Below, piece after piece: positions 49,912 to 59,205 of a stretch of 64,000 nucleotides of DNA (position 1 is its first letter; each line of letters starts with the position of its first letter). The notes under the pieces are model-generated. The model did not search any database and was not told where the DNA came from. It saw only the letters and a list, made by a program, of their open reading frames with translations. The position numbers and the translations under genes are program-made. The stretch covers positions 16 to 64,015 of the forward strand of contig CAYUPN010000013.1 of assembly GCA_964446605.1 (NCBI GenBank). Direction: 5' to 3'. This stretch comes from an uncultured Bifidobacteriaceae bacterium. Its GTDB lineage: Bacteria; Acidobacteriota; Vicinamibacteria; Vicinamibacterales; JAENWD01.

Positions 49912-51594
49912 CTAGATCTCCATGACGACCGGCAGGACGAGCGGGCGCCGGCCCGATCGCCGCTTGACGAAGCGGCGCAGTTCCACCTGAATCGCCTCGC
50001 GCAGCAGCCCGGGGTCCGTGCGCTGCTCCACGGAGAGCGCGGCGACGACGTCGGTGACGAGGCGGACGCCGTCGGCGACCAGCGCCTCGCGCGCCAGGTC
50101 GTCGACGACACCGCGCGTGATGATCTCGGGCGAGCCCGCCAGCTCGCCGTCCTGCTTCCGGATGGCGACCACCGGCAGCACGAACCCGTCGACCGCCAGG
50201 TGGCGCCGATCGCGCAGCACTTCGTCCGCCACCTCGCCGGTGCGCGTGTCGTCGATGAGCACGCGCCCCGTGTGCGCGCGTCCGACCACTTCGGCGTGTT
50301 CGGCCGTGATCTCGAGGATGTCGCCCGTTTCGATGAGCCGGACGTCCACCGCGCGCCCGCTGCCTTCCGCCATCTGCTGCGCAACCCGCCGGTGCTCGGC
50401 GAGCTGCCGGTACTCGCCATGGACCGGCACGACGAAGCGCGGCCGGACGAGCGAGTGCACCAGCTTCAGCTCCTCCTCGGAGCCGTGTCCCGAGACGTGC
50501 ACGTGCTTGTGCGCTTCGGTGATCACCTGCGCGCCGCGGCGGGTCAGATGGTTGACCACGCGGCCGATGGCCTTCTCGTTGCCCGGGATCGCGCGCGCCG
50601 AGAAGACGATCGTGTCGCCCGGTCCGACCTTCACGTGGCGGTGGTCGTCGACCGCGATGCGCGACAGCGCCGACCGGGGCTCGCCCTGCGACCCGGTGCC
50701 GATGCAGAGCACGCGCTCGCGCGGGAGGTTGGGCACCTCGCTGTCACGGATCACCAGCCCTTCCGGCACGCGCAGATAGCCGAGCCGCTGCGCGACCTCC
50801 GTGTTGTCCACCATGCCCCGCCCGACGAACGCGACCCGGCGGCCGAAGCGTTCGGCCAGGCGCACGAGCAGCTGGATCCGGTACAGACTCGAGGCGAACG
50901 TCGTGACGACCAGCAGGCCGGTGGCCGACGTGAAAATCTCCTCGAACGCGCCGAGCACCTCGAGCTCGGATCCGGTGAAGCCCCGGCGATCGACGTTCGT
51001 GCTGTCGGCGAAGAGCGCCAGCACGCCGTCCGATCCGAGCAGCGCGAAGCGGTGCAGGTCGAAGTGCTCGCCGTCGATCGGCGTCTGGTCCACCTTGAAG
51101 TCGCCGGTGTGCACGATCGTGCCGACCGGCGTGTGCAGCGCCACGGCCACGCAGTCGGGCATGCTGTGCGTGACGCGGATGAACTCGATGCCGAACGGCC
51201 CGGCCGCGACGCGGTCGCCGGGAGCGATCACGCGCAGACGGTCGCCGGGATCGATCGCATGCTCGGCCAGCTTCGACTCGACGAGCGCCAGCGTCAGCCG
51301 GGTGCCATAGACCGGGCCGTCGACGAGCGGCCAGATGTACGGCACGCCGCCGATGTGGTCCTCGTGCCCGTGCGTCAGCACGAGCGCGTCCACCCGGCGC
51401 CCCTGCAGGTAGGTGAGATCCGGCACGACGAGGTCGACGCCGAGCAGCTCGGGGCCGGGGAACATCGCCCCGGCATCGATTACCAGCGTGCTCCCGCCGT
51501 GCGAGATCGCGAGCGTGTTCATGCCGAACTCGCCGACCCCGCCGAGCGCCACGACCTCGAGCGCACCGTTCGACAGACGAACCTCCCAGCGCAC
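49912..51594 (-). CDS. rnj: ribonuclease J (metallo-beta-lactamase/beta-CASP)
   Basis: 560 aa. Motifs LGGVGEFGMN, LTHGHEDHIGG and HVSGHGSEEEL. Confidence 0.9.
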   Translation of the reverse strand: MRWEVRLSNGALEVVALGGVGEFGMNTLAISHGGSTLVIDAGAMFPGPELLGVDLVVPDLTYLQGRRVDALVLTHGHEDHIGGVPYIWPLVDGPVYGTRLTLALVESKLAEHAIDPGDRLRVIAPGDRVAAGPFGIEFIRVTHSMPDCVAVALHTPVGTIVHTGDFKVDQTPIDGEHFDLHRFALLGSDGVLALFADSTNVDRRGFTGSELEVLGAFEEIFTSATGLLVVTTFASSLYRIQLLVRLAERFGRRVAFVGRGMVDNTEVAQRLGYLRVPEGLVIRDSEVPNLPRERVLCIGTGSQGEPRSALSRIAVDDHRHVKVGPGDTIVFSARAIPGNEKAIGRVVNHLTRRGAQVITEAHKHVHVSGHGSEEELKLVHSLVRPRFVVPVHGEYRQLAEHRRVAQQMAEGSGRAVDVRLIETGDILEITAEHAEVVGRAHTGRVLIDDTRTGEVADEVLRDRRHLAVDGFVLPVVAIRKQDGELAGSPEIITRGVVDDLAREALVADGVRLVTDVVAALSVEQRTDPGLLREAIQVELRRFVKRRSGRRPLVLPVVMEI

Positions 51595-51751
51595 ACAGCT
51601 CCCGGCCCCGGCAGACGGGAGCGGGAGTGGAAACCTGACCGCAGCCGGCAGCGCCGCCGCGGGGCTGCGACCGTCACGGGCGGGCGCCCGCGCGCCAGTC
51701 GCATCAGGCCGCTGGGACAGCCTGGTGATGGAAAGGCAGGAAAGCGGGAAA

Positions 51752-51760
51752 ACTATACCA
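51752..51760 (-). promoter_or_regulatory. candidate extended -10 promoter (TGgTATAGT) about 150 nt upstream of rnj
   Basis: Minus strand TGGTATAGT (51760..51752). It sits just after a weak hairpin (CCCG-CGAT-CGGG) plus CTTTTC that follows the ksgA stop. Confidence 0.4.
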
Positions 51761-51795
51761 GAAAAGCCCCGATCGCGGGTGGAAGTTCCCGTCCC

Positions 51796-52617
51796 TCAGG
51801 CAGTTCGGTCCAGCGATGCCGCGAGCGCCAGCAGCTGCCCGGGGGAGAGCGTCTCCGGACGGACGTTCGGGGGAATGCCCGCACGCGCGAGAGCGTCGGC
51901 CACCGGCACGCCGGCCCGGGCCGCCGGGCCGCGCAGACCGTTGGCGACCATCTTGCGCCGGCTGCTGAAGAGTGCGCGCACGACCTCGTCGAACCGCGGG
52001 GGGAGCGACGGACGCCGATCCGCCGGGAGGAACGCCAGCCGGACGAGCGCCGACGTCACCTCGGGCGCCGGCCGGAACGCGCCCGGGGGCAGGGTCATGA
52101 GCCGTGCGGGCTCCGCCGCGAGCGCGACATGGATTGCCAGCGGGCCATAGTCGCGGCTGCCGGGACGGGCGACGATCCGGTCGACGACCTCACGCTGCAG
52201 CATCAGCGTCGCGTCGGCGAACAGATCGTGCCGCCGCTGGACCTCCAGCAGGCGGAACAGCACGGGGGTCGAGATGTTGTAGGGCAGGTTGCCCGCCACC
52301 CGGGTACCGCGCGGCAGCCCTAGGCCGGCGAGGTCGATCGACAGCACGTCCCCTTCGACGACCTGCAGGTTCGGGATCGCCGCGGCCCGCAGCGCGGCCG
52401 CGAGATCGCGATCGACTTCGACCGCCACGAGGGCGGCGGCGCGGCTGGCGAGCGGCCGGGTGATGGCGCCCGTACCCGGGCCGATTTCGAGGAACGTCTG
52501 ATCCGGCTGCGGCGCGATCGCGTCGACGACGCGCACCGCCCATCGCGGCTCCAGGAAGTGCTGGCCGAAGCGCCGCCGGGCGCGGTGACGTCCCGGCACG
52601 GTTCTGGGCCCGGTCAC
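51796..52617 (-). CDS. rsmA: 16S rRNA (adenine1518/1519-N6)-dimethyltransferase
   Basis: 273 aa. FGQHFL and SAM motif LEIGPGTGAIT, followed by VAGNLPYNISTP. Confidence 0.9.
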   Translation of the reverse strand: MTGPRTVPGRHRARRRFGQHFLEPRWAVRVVDAIAPQPDQTFLEIGPGTGAITRPLASRAAALVAVEVDRDLAAALRAAAIPNLQVVEGDVLSIDLAGLGLPRGTRVAGNLPYNISTPVLFRLLEVQRRHDLFADATLMLQREVVDRIVARPGSRDYGPLAIHVALAAEPARLMTLPPGAFRPAPEVTSALVRLAFLPADRRPSLPPRFDEVVRALFSSRRKMVANGLRGPAARAGVPVADALARAGIPPNVRPETLSPGQLLALAASLDRTA

Positions 52618-53024
52618 GACTCCTGTCCCGGCGGGCCTTCCTCGCCCCCGTACCAGAACTCGTCCTCGATGGCCTCGATTTCCTCCTCGCTCAGCCCGAA
52701 GAAGTGGCCCGCCTCGTGGATGAGCGTCAGGCAGACTTCCTCGAACATCTCGTCCTCGTCCTCGAAGGCCTCCTCGAGCGGCCGCTGGTAGATGACGATC
52801 CGGTCGGGAAGGGTATTGCCGTGAGCCCAGCCGCGCTCGGTGAGCGGCGTGCCCTGGTACAGCCCGAAGATGGTCTCGTCCTGGGCGAAGCCCATCTCCT
52901 CCAGCAGGTCCGGCGACGGCTCGTCCTCGATGACGACCTCCACGTTCTCCAGGCGCTCACGGAAGTGCCGCGGAATCGCCAGGAGCGCATCGTCGACGAG
53001 CTGTTCGAACTCGCGCCGGGTCAT
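52614..53024 (-). CDS. metallopeptidase-family protein (zincin-like, DUF1025-type)
   Basis: 136 aa from ATG 53024, which overlaps the nth stop as ATGA. HExxH motif LIHEAGHFFG and a very acidic C-terminus. Confidence 0.72.
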   Translation of the reverse strand: MTRREFEQLVDDALLAIPRHFRERLENVEVVIEDEPSPDLLEEMGFAQDETIFGLYQGTPLTERGWAHGNTLPDRIVIYQRPLEEAFEDEDEMFEEVCLTLIHEAGHFFGLSEEEIEAIEDEFWYGGEEGPPGQES

Positions 53025-53719
53025 CGGGCGGCCCGCTTCTTCGGGGCTCCGCGCTTCGGACGCGCGGAAGACGGGGATTGTCCAAGCGAGAGGTAGTAGC
53101 GGCAGAGATCGCGCGCCGCGCACCGGTCGCACGCCGGCTTCGGCCGGCAGATCCGGCGGCCGTGCAGGATCAGCGTGTCGCTCGCGCGTGTCCACCGGGC
53201 GGGCGGCAGCCGCTCGCCGATCTGCCGCTCGACGACGTCGGGATCCTCGCTCGTGGCGATCCCCAGCCGGTTCGCGACGCGCAGCACGTGGCGATCGACG
53301 GCGAAGCCGGGGACGCCCAGTGCATGGCCGAGCACGACGTTGGCCGTCTTGCGTCCGACGCCCGGCAGGCGGGTCAGCGCCTCCATGCTGGCCGGCACCT
53401 CGCCGCCGTGCTTCTCGACGATCGCGCGCGCGGCACCGACGATGGCCTTGCTCTTCTGCCGGAAGAAGCCGGTCGTGACGATGAGCGTCTCGACGTCGGG
53501 GAGGCTCGCAGCGGCCAGCGCGGCCGGACTCGGAAAGCGCGCGAACAGGACGGGCGTCACCTGGTTCACCCGGGCATCCGTCGACTGCGCGGACAGGATG
53601 GTCGCCACCAGCAGTTCGAACGGCGTCCGATAGGCGAGCTCCGTGTCCGCGTCGGGGTGCTGGCGCTCGAGACGATCGAGGATGGCGCGGGTGATCCGCG
53701 CCGGATGCGGGTCGGCCAC
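53021..53719 (-). CDS. nth: endonuclease III
   Basis: 232 aa. HhH-GPD motif LPGVGRKTANVV, catalytic D (VDRHV), and the C-x6-C-x2-C-x5-C cluster CRPKPACDRCAARDLC. Confidence 0.93.
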   Translation of the reverse strand: MADPHPARITRAILDRLERQHPDADTELAYRTPFELLVATILSAQSTDARVNQVTPVLFARFPSPAALAAASLPDVETLIVTTGFFRQKSKAIVGAARAIVEKHGGEVPASMEALTRLPGVGRKTANVVLGHALGVPGFAVDRHVLRVANRLGIATSEDPDVVERQIGERLPPARWTRASDTLILHGRRICRPKPACDRCAARDLCRYYLSLGQSPSSARPKRGAPKKRAAR

Positions 53720-53734
53720 GCGGCTCTCCGGACG

Positions 53735-54088
53735 TCAGTGCACCGGGGCGGCCGGACCGGACCCGGCGGCGCGCAGGTGCTCCTGCAGCGCGGCCACGAG
53801 GGTCTGGACCACCTGGAAGGGAAGCACGATCCGGGCGCGCACCGGCGCCGGCACGCGCACCTCCCGATTCGGCGAGTCGTTCAGCTGGCGGATCTGGTCG
53901 TCGGCGAGCGGCTGCACTTCGCAGAACGACAGCGTGACGTCGAAGGGCGTCTGGGCGATGGCGCAGAAGTTCGCGTACACCCGATCCGGCGCGTCGCGGT
54001 CGTCGGGCACGATGGTGAAGTTGATCGCGCGCGTTTCGTCGGCCATGTCCGCCAGTGTAACCCCGATGACGGCCGGCTCCCGGGCCAC
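53735..54088 (-). CDS. DUF3467-like small protein
   Basis: 117 aa. VYANFCAIAQTPFDVTLSFCEV resembles the DUF3467 core. An alternative start is ATG 54046. Confidence 0.55.
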   Translation of the reverse strand: MAREPAVIGVTLADMADETRAINFTIVPDDRDAPDRVYANFCAIAQTPFDVTLSFCEVQPLADDQIRQLNDSPNREVRVPAPVRARIVLPFQVVQTLVAALQEHLRAAGSGPAAPVH

Positions 54089-54104
54089 CCGGGTCCCGCG
54101 ACGG

Positions 54105-54710
54105 TCAGTACCGGCGCATCACGCCGACGACGACCCCCTGGACCTGCACCGTCGCGGCCGGGACGACGATCGGCTCCATCGTCGGGTTGGCGGGCTGGAG
54201 CCGGATGCGGTCGTGCTCCCGGTAGAACTTCTTGAGCGTCGCATCGCTGCCGCCGAGCAGCGCGATCACCATCTCGCCGTTCTCGGCCGTGCGCCGGTCC
54301 TCGACGATGACGTAGTCGCCGTCGCGAATCTGCTCGTCGATCATCGAGTTCCCCCGCACGCGCAGGACGTACGTTTCACGCCGACCGACGAGGTCTTCGG
54401 GGACGGCAATCGTCTCGGTCCCGGCCACCGCCTCGATCGGGGCGCCGGCGGCGACGTAACCGAGCATCGGCAGCTCGACCGCGCGCGTGCCCACGCGGGT
54501 GGGGACGAGCTCGACCGAGCGGCTGCGGTTCCACGCGCGCTTGATGAACCCCTTCTCCTGCAGATTCGTGAGGTGCTTGTGCACCGTCGCGAGCGAGGAC
54601 AGGTTGAACCGGCGCCCGATCTCCTCGAGGCTCGGTGCGTAGCCGTGCCGCTGGATGAACTCGTTCAGGTAATCCAGGATCTCGCGCTGCCGCTTGGTCA
54701 GAGGCTTCAT
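54105..54710 (-). CDS. lexA: LexA repressor
   Basis: 201 aa. Winged-helix N-terminus (LTKRQREILDYL...PSLEEIG). S24 peptidase domain has the catalytic Ser in VRGNSMID and Lys in TLKKF. Confidence 0.93.
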   Translation of the reverse strand: MKPLTKRQREILDYLNEFIQRHGYAPSLEEIGRRFNLSSLATVHKHLTNLQEKGFIKRAWNRSRSVELVPTRVGTRAVELPMLGYVAAGAPIEAVAGTETIAVPEDLVGRRETYVLRVRGNSMIDEQIRDGDYVIVEDRRTAENGEMVIALLGGSDATLKKFYREHDRIRLQPANPTMEPIVVPAATVQVQGVVVGVMRRY

Positions 54711-54718
54711 GCGGCGGC

Positions 54719-54747
54719 ATGGTACGCAAACAAAAGGCGAAAATCAA
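54719..54747 (-). promoter_or_regulatory. candidate sigma70 promoter for lexA, near-leaderless
   Basis: Minus strand TTGATT (54747..54742), 17 nt, then TACCAT (54724..54719), then 8 nt to ATG 54710. Located in an AT-rich patch. Confidence 0.5.
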
Positions 54748-54824
54748 CCCGGCCGTCCCCGTCGCGGCCTGCGTACCGTGCAATACCCGCCGCGCAGGGA
54801 GCGCCGGGGAGGCGCCTGCGCGCG

Positions 54825-54833
54825 TGCTAGCAT
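54825..54833 (+). promoter_or_regulatory. candidate extended -10 (TGcTAGCAT) for the PfkB kinase gene, leaderless geometry
   Basis: TGCTAGCAT at 54825-54833, then 8 nt, then GTG 54842. Confidence 0.4.
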
Positions 54834-54841
54834 CCTCATCC

Positions 54842-55783
54842 GTGCGAATTCCGTTCGAGTTGCTCCCGCCCGGCAGCCGTCCGTTCGACGTGGTCGGGCT
54901 CGGTCAGAACAGCATGGACCTGCTGGCGGTGGTCAGCGAGTTCCCACGGAGCAACTCGAAACAGCGGATTACGCGCTTCGCGAAGCTTCCCGGCGGACAG
55001 GTGGCCTCGGCCATGGTCTGCTGCGCGCGCCTGGGCTGGCGGGCCCGATACGCCGGCCGCTTCGGACCGGACGAGCTCGGCCAGCTCGGCATCCGCAGCC
55101 TCGAGGAGGAGGGGGTCGACGTCTCGGCCGTCCAGATCGTCGACGCGCCGACGCGCTTCGCGATGGTGCTGGTCGACGAGCGCACCGGCGATCGGACGGT
55201 GCTGTGGGACCGGCATGCCGCGCTGGTCGTCAAGCCCGGCGACATCGACGACGATGTCTGGACGAGCGGGCGGGTGCTGCACGTCGACTGCGAGGATGTC
55301 CCTGCGGCGACCACGGCCGCGCGCCGCGCGCGCGAGTCGGGCGCGCTGACGGTGATCGACGTCGAGGCCGTGCTGCCGGGGGTTCCGGCCCTGCTGCGGC
55401 ACATCGATGTGATCATCGCGTCGGAGGGATTCCCCGAGCGGCTGACCGGTCACAAGGACACGGGGTCCGCGCTGGCCGCCATGGCGCGCGAGTACATGCC
55501 CGTGGTCGCGTGCGTGACGCTCGGGTCGGCCGGGAGTCTGGCCATCTGCCAGGGGCGGGAGATCCGGACGCCGGCCTTCGACGTTCCCGTGGTCGACAGC
55601 ACCGGGGCGGGAGACGCGTTCCGCGGCGGGTTCATCAGCGGCTATCTCCAGACGGGGACCGTCGCCGAGGTCGAGGACGTGCTGACGTTCGCCACGGCGG
55701 TGGCGGCGCTGAAGTGCCGTTCGCTGGGGGCCCGCGACGGCCTGCCGCGCCCCGCGGACGTCGAAGCCTTCCTGCGGCGGTGA
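54842..55783 (+). CDS. PfkB-family carbohydrate kinase
   Basis: 313 aa from GTG 54842. Motifs DVVGLGQNSMD and LPGGQVASA, and C-terminal DSTGAGDAFRGGF (PfkB signature 2). The raw ORF opens at 54719. Confidence 0.8.
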   Translation: MRIPFELLPPGSRPFDVVGLGQNSMDLLAVVSEFPRSNSKQRITRFAKLPGGQVASAMVCCARLGWRARYAGRFGPDELGQLGIRSLEEEGVDVSAVQIVDAPTRFAMVLVDERTGDRTVLWDRHAALVVKPGDIDDDVWTSGRVLHVDCEDVPAATTAARRARESGALTVIDVEAVLPGVPALLRHIDVIIASEGFPERLTGHKDTGSALAAMAREYMPVVACVTLGSAGSLAICQGREIRTPAFDVPVVDSTGAGDAFRGGFISGYLQTGTVAEVEDVLTFATAVAALKCRSLGARDGLPRPADVEAFLRR

Positions 55784-55839
55784 CCGCGCGGGCTGCCGCC
55801 CCGTGGTACCATGAGGTGAACGCCTGCCGGAGCTCGTCC

Positions 55840-56448
55840 ATGCGCAGTACGCCCCTCTCGGCCCGCCGTCTCGTCGCGGCCGCCGTCCTCGCGGTGCTGC
55901 CGATCGGCGCCGCCGTCGCGTCCGGCCGCTGGTCCCGTGCCGACGCAGATGCGCTACAGCAGAAGCTCATGCAGATCGCGCTGAACGGGATGGCCCAGGA
56001 GCCCGCCGCCCGGCGCGTCACCGTCCTCGAGCGCGAAATCAACGCCTATCTCGCTGTCCACGTCCTCATGCCCGACGGCATCGTCGATCCCGTCGTGCGC
56101 CTGCTCCCGGAGAACCGGCTGTCGGGGCGCGCCACCGTCGATCTCGATGCGATTCGCGCGGGCCAGCCGGAGCAGAGTGCGCTCAGCCCGTGGGCGCTCC
56201 TGCGGGGCAAGGTGCCCGTCGAGGCGATCGGTACCCTGAAGACCGGCGGCGGCGTCGGGGCGTTCACGCTGGAGTCCGCAACCATCGGCGGCGTGCCGGT
56301 CCCGAAGACCGTCCTGCAGCAGGTCGTCGCGTACTACTCGCGCAGCGAGGCGCAGCCGGACGGCGTCGACTTCGAAGCGCCGTTCAAGCTCCCCGCGCGC
56401 ATCCGCGAGATCCGCACGGGGCAGGGGCACGCGCTGGTCGTGCAGTAG
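55840..56448 (+). CDS. hypothetical secreted protein
   Basis: 202 aa from ATG 55840 with a signal peptide (LVAAAVLAVLPIGAAVA). No motif recognised. Confidence 0.5.
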   Translation: MRSTPLSARRLVAAAVLAVLPIGAAVASGRWSRADADALQQKLMQIALNGMAQEPAARRVTVLEREINAYLAVHVLMPDGIVDPVVRLLPENRLSGRATVDLDAIRAGQPEQSALSPWALLRGKVPVEAIGTLKTGGGVGAFTLESATIGGVPVPKTVLQQVVAYYSRSEAQPDGVDFEAPFKLPARIREIRTGQGHALVVQ

Positions 56449-56452
56449 CGGC

Positions 56453-58549
56453 ATGCGGGATCCGGACGCCTGGCTGGCCACGCCGCTCCAGTTCCTGAAG
56501 GGTGTGGGGCCGCGGAAGGCGGCCGACTTCGCGCGGGCCGGCCTGCACACCCTCGAAGATCTGCTCTACAGATTTCCCCTCCGCTACGAGGACCGCGGCC
56601 GGTTCCAGACGATCGGCTCGCTGCGCGAGGGGCAGACCGTCTCGATTCTCGGCGACGTCATCACGTGCGGGCTGCGCGGGACCCGCCGCCCGGGCCTGCG
56701 GATTTTCGAGGCGCTGCTGCGCGACGGCAGCGGCACGGTCCGCCTCGCGTGGTTCAACTCGCCGTTCCTGCGCGATCAGATCCGGCCGGGGACCCGGCTG
56801 GTCGTCTACGGCACGTTCGAACGGAATCCCTACAGCGGCCTGCAGATCACCAACCCGCAGTTCGAGATCGTCGACGCCGACGAGGTCGAGACGCTGCACA
56901 CCGGGCGCATCGTCTCGATCTACGAGCGGGCGCGCTCGATCACGCCGAAGATGCAGCGCCGTCTCGTGGCCGATGCGCTCGAGGGCATGCCGGAGTCGCT
57001 TCCCGATCCGCTGCCCCCGGAGATTCGGGCGCGGCTCACGCTGCCGCCGCGCGCCGAGGCGCTCGCCGGGGCGCATTTTCCGCCGGCCGGGACGTCGCTC
57101 GACGAGCTGAACCGCTTCCGCACGCCGGCGCAGCGCCGGCTGATCTTCGAGGAGTTCTTCCGCTTCCAGGTCGGCCTGCTCCTGCGGCGGCGGGAGGCGG
57201 ATGCCGAGCGCAAGCCGCACACGATCCGCGTGGACGACCGGATCCGCGACGCTCTGCGCAGCGTGCTGCCGTTCCGCCTGACGGCGGGCCAGCGCCAGGC
57301 GCTGAAGGAGATCGGGGAGGACATGCAGCGGCCGCAGCCGATGAACCGGCTGCTGCAGGGAGACGTCGGCGCGGGCAAGACGATCGTCGCGGCGCTGGCG
57401 GCGGTGCTCGCGATGGAGAACGGGCTGCAGGTGGCCTTCATGGCGCCGACCGAGATCCTGGCCGAGCAGCACTTCGGGACCCTGCAGCGGCTGCTCGGCG
57501 GCACCCGGTTCCGGCTGGGCCTGTTGACCGGCAGCGTGCCGGCCGCGACGCGGCGTCATCTGGCGCGTCAGGCCGCGGCAGGCGAGATCGATCTGCTCGT
57601 CGGCACCCACGCGCTCGTCCAGGAGTCGACGACGTTCCGCGCCCTGGGGCTGGCGATCGTCGACGAGCAGCACCGGTTCGGCGTGCTCCAGCGCGCGACG
57701 CTGCGCGCGAAGGGCCTCGGGGCCGACATGCTGGTGATGACGGCGACACCCATCCCGCGCACGCTGGCGCTCACGACGTACGGTGACCTCGACGTGTCGA
57801 GCATCCGCGAGCTGCCGCCGGGGCGGCAGCCGGTCCGCACGATCGCGAAGCCGGGATCCCGCCGCGACGACATCCACCGCTTCGTCCGCGAGGAGCTGGA
57901 GCGCGGACGCCAGGCGTACGTCGTCTACCCGATCATCGAGGAATCGGAGAAGGTGGACATCCGCGCGGCGACCGAGATGGCGGACACGCTCGCGCACGAG
58001 GTCTTCCCGGCGTTCCGCGTGGCGCTGCTGCACGGGCGCATGAAGGCGGACGCCAAGGATCGCACCATGCGAGCCTTCGCCGCCGGAGAGATCCAGCTGC
58101 TCGTGTCGACGACCGTCGTCGAGGTCGGCGTCGACGTGCCGAACGCGACGGTGATGATCGTCGAGCACGCCGAGCGGTTCGGGCTGGCGCAGCTGCACCA
58201 GCTGCGCGGGCGCGTCGGGCGCGGCGAGCATGCCAGCACCTGCATCCTGGTATACGAGCCGCCGCTGTCGGACGCCGCGCGCGAGCGGCTGAAGGTGATG
58301 ACCGACACGACCGACGGCTTCCTGATCGCGGAGAAGGATCTCGAGCTGCGCGGATTCGGCGATCTGTCGGGCACGCGGCAGTCGGGGATGCCGGCGCTGC
58401 GGCTCGGCGACCTCCGGCGCGATTTCGCGATCATGGCGCAGGCCCGCGACGAGGCGGCGCGATGGCTGGACGAGCGTCCCGAGGGCGAGGTGCTGGAGAC
58501 GCTGCGCAGGACGTGGGGCGAGCGGTTCGGACTCGTCGAGGTGGGATGA
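56453..58549 (+). CDS. recG: ATP-dependent DNA helicase RecG
   Basis: 698 aa. Wedge/OB N-terminal domain. Helicase motifs LLQGDVGAGKT, DEQHRFGV and MTATPIPRT, and the TRG-like QLHQLRGRVGRG. Confidence 0.95.
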   Translation: MRDPDAWLATPLQFLKGVGPRKAADFARAGLHTLEDLLYRFPLRYEDRGRFQTIGSLREGQTVSILGDVITCGLRGTRRPGLRIFEALLRDGSGTVRLAWFNSPFLRDQIRPGTRLVVYGTFERNPYSGLQITNPQFEIVDADEVETLHTGRIVSIYERARSITPKMQRRLVADALEGMPESLPDPLPPEIRARLTLPPRAEALAGAHFPPAGTSLDELNRFRTPAQRRLIFEEFFRFQVGLLLRRREADAERKPHTIRVDDRIRDALRSVLPFRLTAGQRQALKEIGEDMQRPQPMNRLLQGDVGAGKTIVAALAAVLAMENGLQVAFMAPTEILAEQHFGTLQRLLGGTRFRLGLLTGSVPAATRRHLARQAAAGEIDLLVGTHALVQESTTFRALGLAIVDEQHRFGVLQRATLRAKGLGADMLVMTATPIPRTLALTTYGDLDVSSIRELPPGRQPVRTIAKPGSRRDDIHRFVREELERGRQAYVVYPIIEESEKVDIRAATEMADTLAHEVFPAFRVALLHGRMKADAKDRTMRAFAAGEIQLLVSTTVVEVGVDVPNATVMIVEHAERFGLAQLHQLRGRVGRGEHASTCILVYEPPLSDAARERLKVMTDTTDGFLIAEKDLELRGFGDLSGTRQSGMPALRLGDLRRDFAIMAQARDEAARWLDERPEGEVLETLRRTWGERFGLVEVG

Positions 58550-59205
58550 GACGCGGCGGCACGCGCGGTCATGCATCGCGCGCATCACGGTCTCCCGTCT
58601 CGCGCACGGGTCTGCGAATCATCGCCGGCCGGCTGAAGGGGCGCCGGCTGCTGACGCCGGACTGGGAGCCCCTGCGGCCGACCGCCGATCGGCTGCGCGA
58701 GACGCTGTTCAACGTGCTCCGCGACGCGATCCCCGGCGCGCGCGTGCTCGACGCGTTCGCGGGCACCGGCGCGCTCGGGCTCGAGGCGATCAGCCGCGGC
58801 GCGGCGCACGTGACGTTCGCCGACGTCGACCGTCGCGCGCTCGATCTGATCGCCGCGAACATCGGACGGACCGGTGTGGCGGAGGGCTATACTATTGTGC
58901 GCGCCGATCTGGCGCGCGGCGGCGCGGCGTTCGCGCCGCAGTTCGACGTCGTGCTCGCCGATCCACCGTACGACATGCCGCCCGCACCGATTCTCGCCGG
59001 ACTGTCCGACGCCGTCGTGGACGGCGGGCTCGTGGTGCTCGAGCACGCGCGCCGGATCGCGGCGCCCGGCCACGCCGGGGCGCTGCGGCGTACGCGGCTG
59101 CTGGAGGCGGGGGACAGCGCACTGTCCTTCTACCGCCGCGAGCCGGACGCGGCGACCGCCGGAGACCCGGGGGCGCCGCCAGCGGAGGACGACGGGGACG
59201 CATGA
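58546..59205 (+). CDS. rsmD: 16S rRNA (guanine966-N2)-methyltransferase
   Basis: ATGA overlap with recG. Motifs RIIAGRLKGRRL, LDAFAGTGALGLEAISRGA and ADPPY. Confidence 0.85.
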   Translation: MRRGGTRGHASRASRSPVSRTGLRIIAGRLKGRRLLTPDWEPLRPTADRLRETLFNVLRDAIPGARVLDAFAGTGALGLEAISRGAAHVTFADVDRRALDLIAANIGRTGVAEGYTIVRADLARGGAAFAPQFDVVLADPPYDMPPAPILAGLSDAVVDGGLVVLEHARRIAAPGHAGALRRTRLLEAGDSALSFYRREPDAATAGDPGAPPAEDDGDA

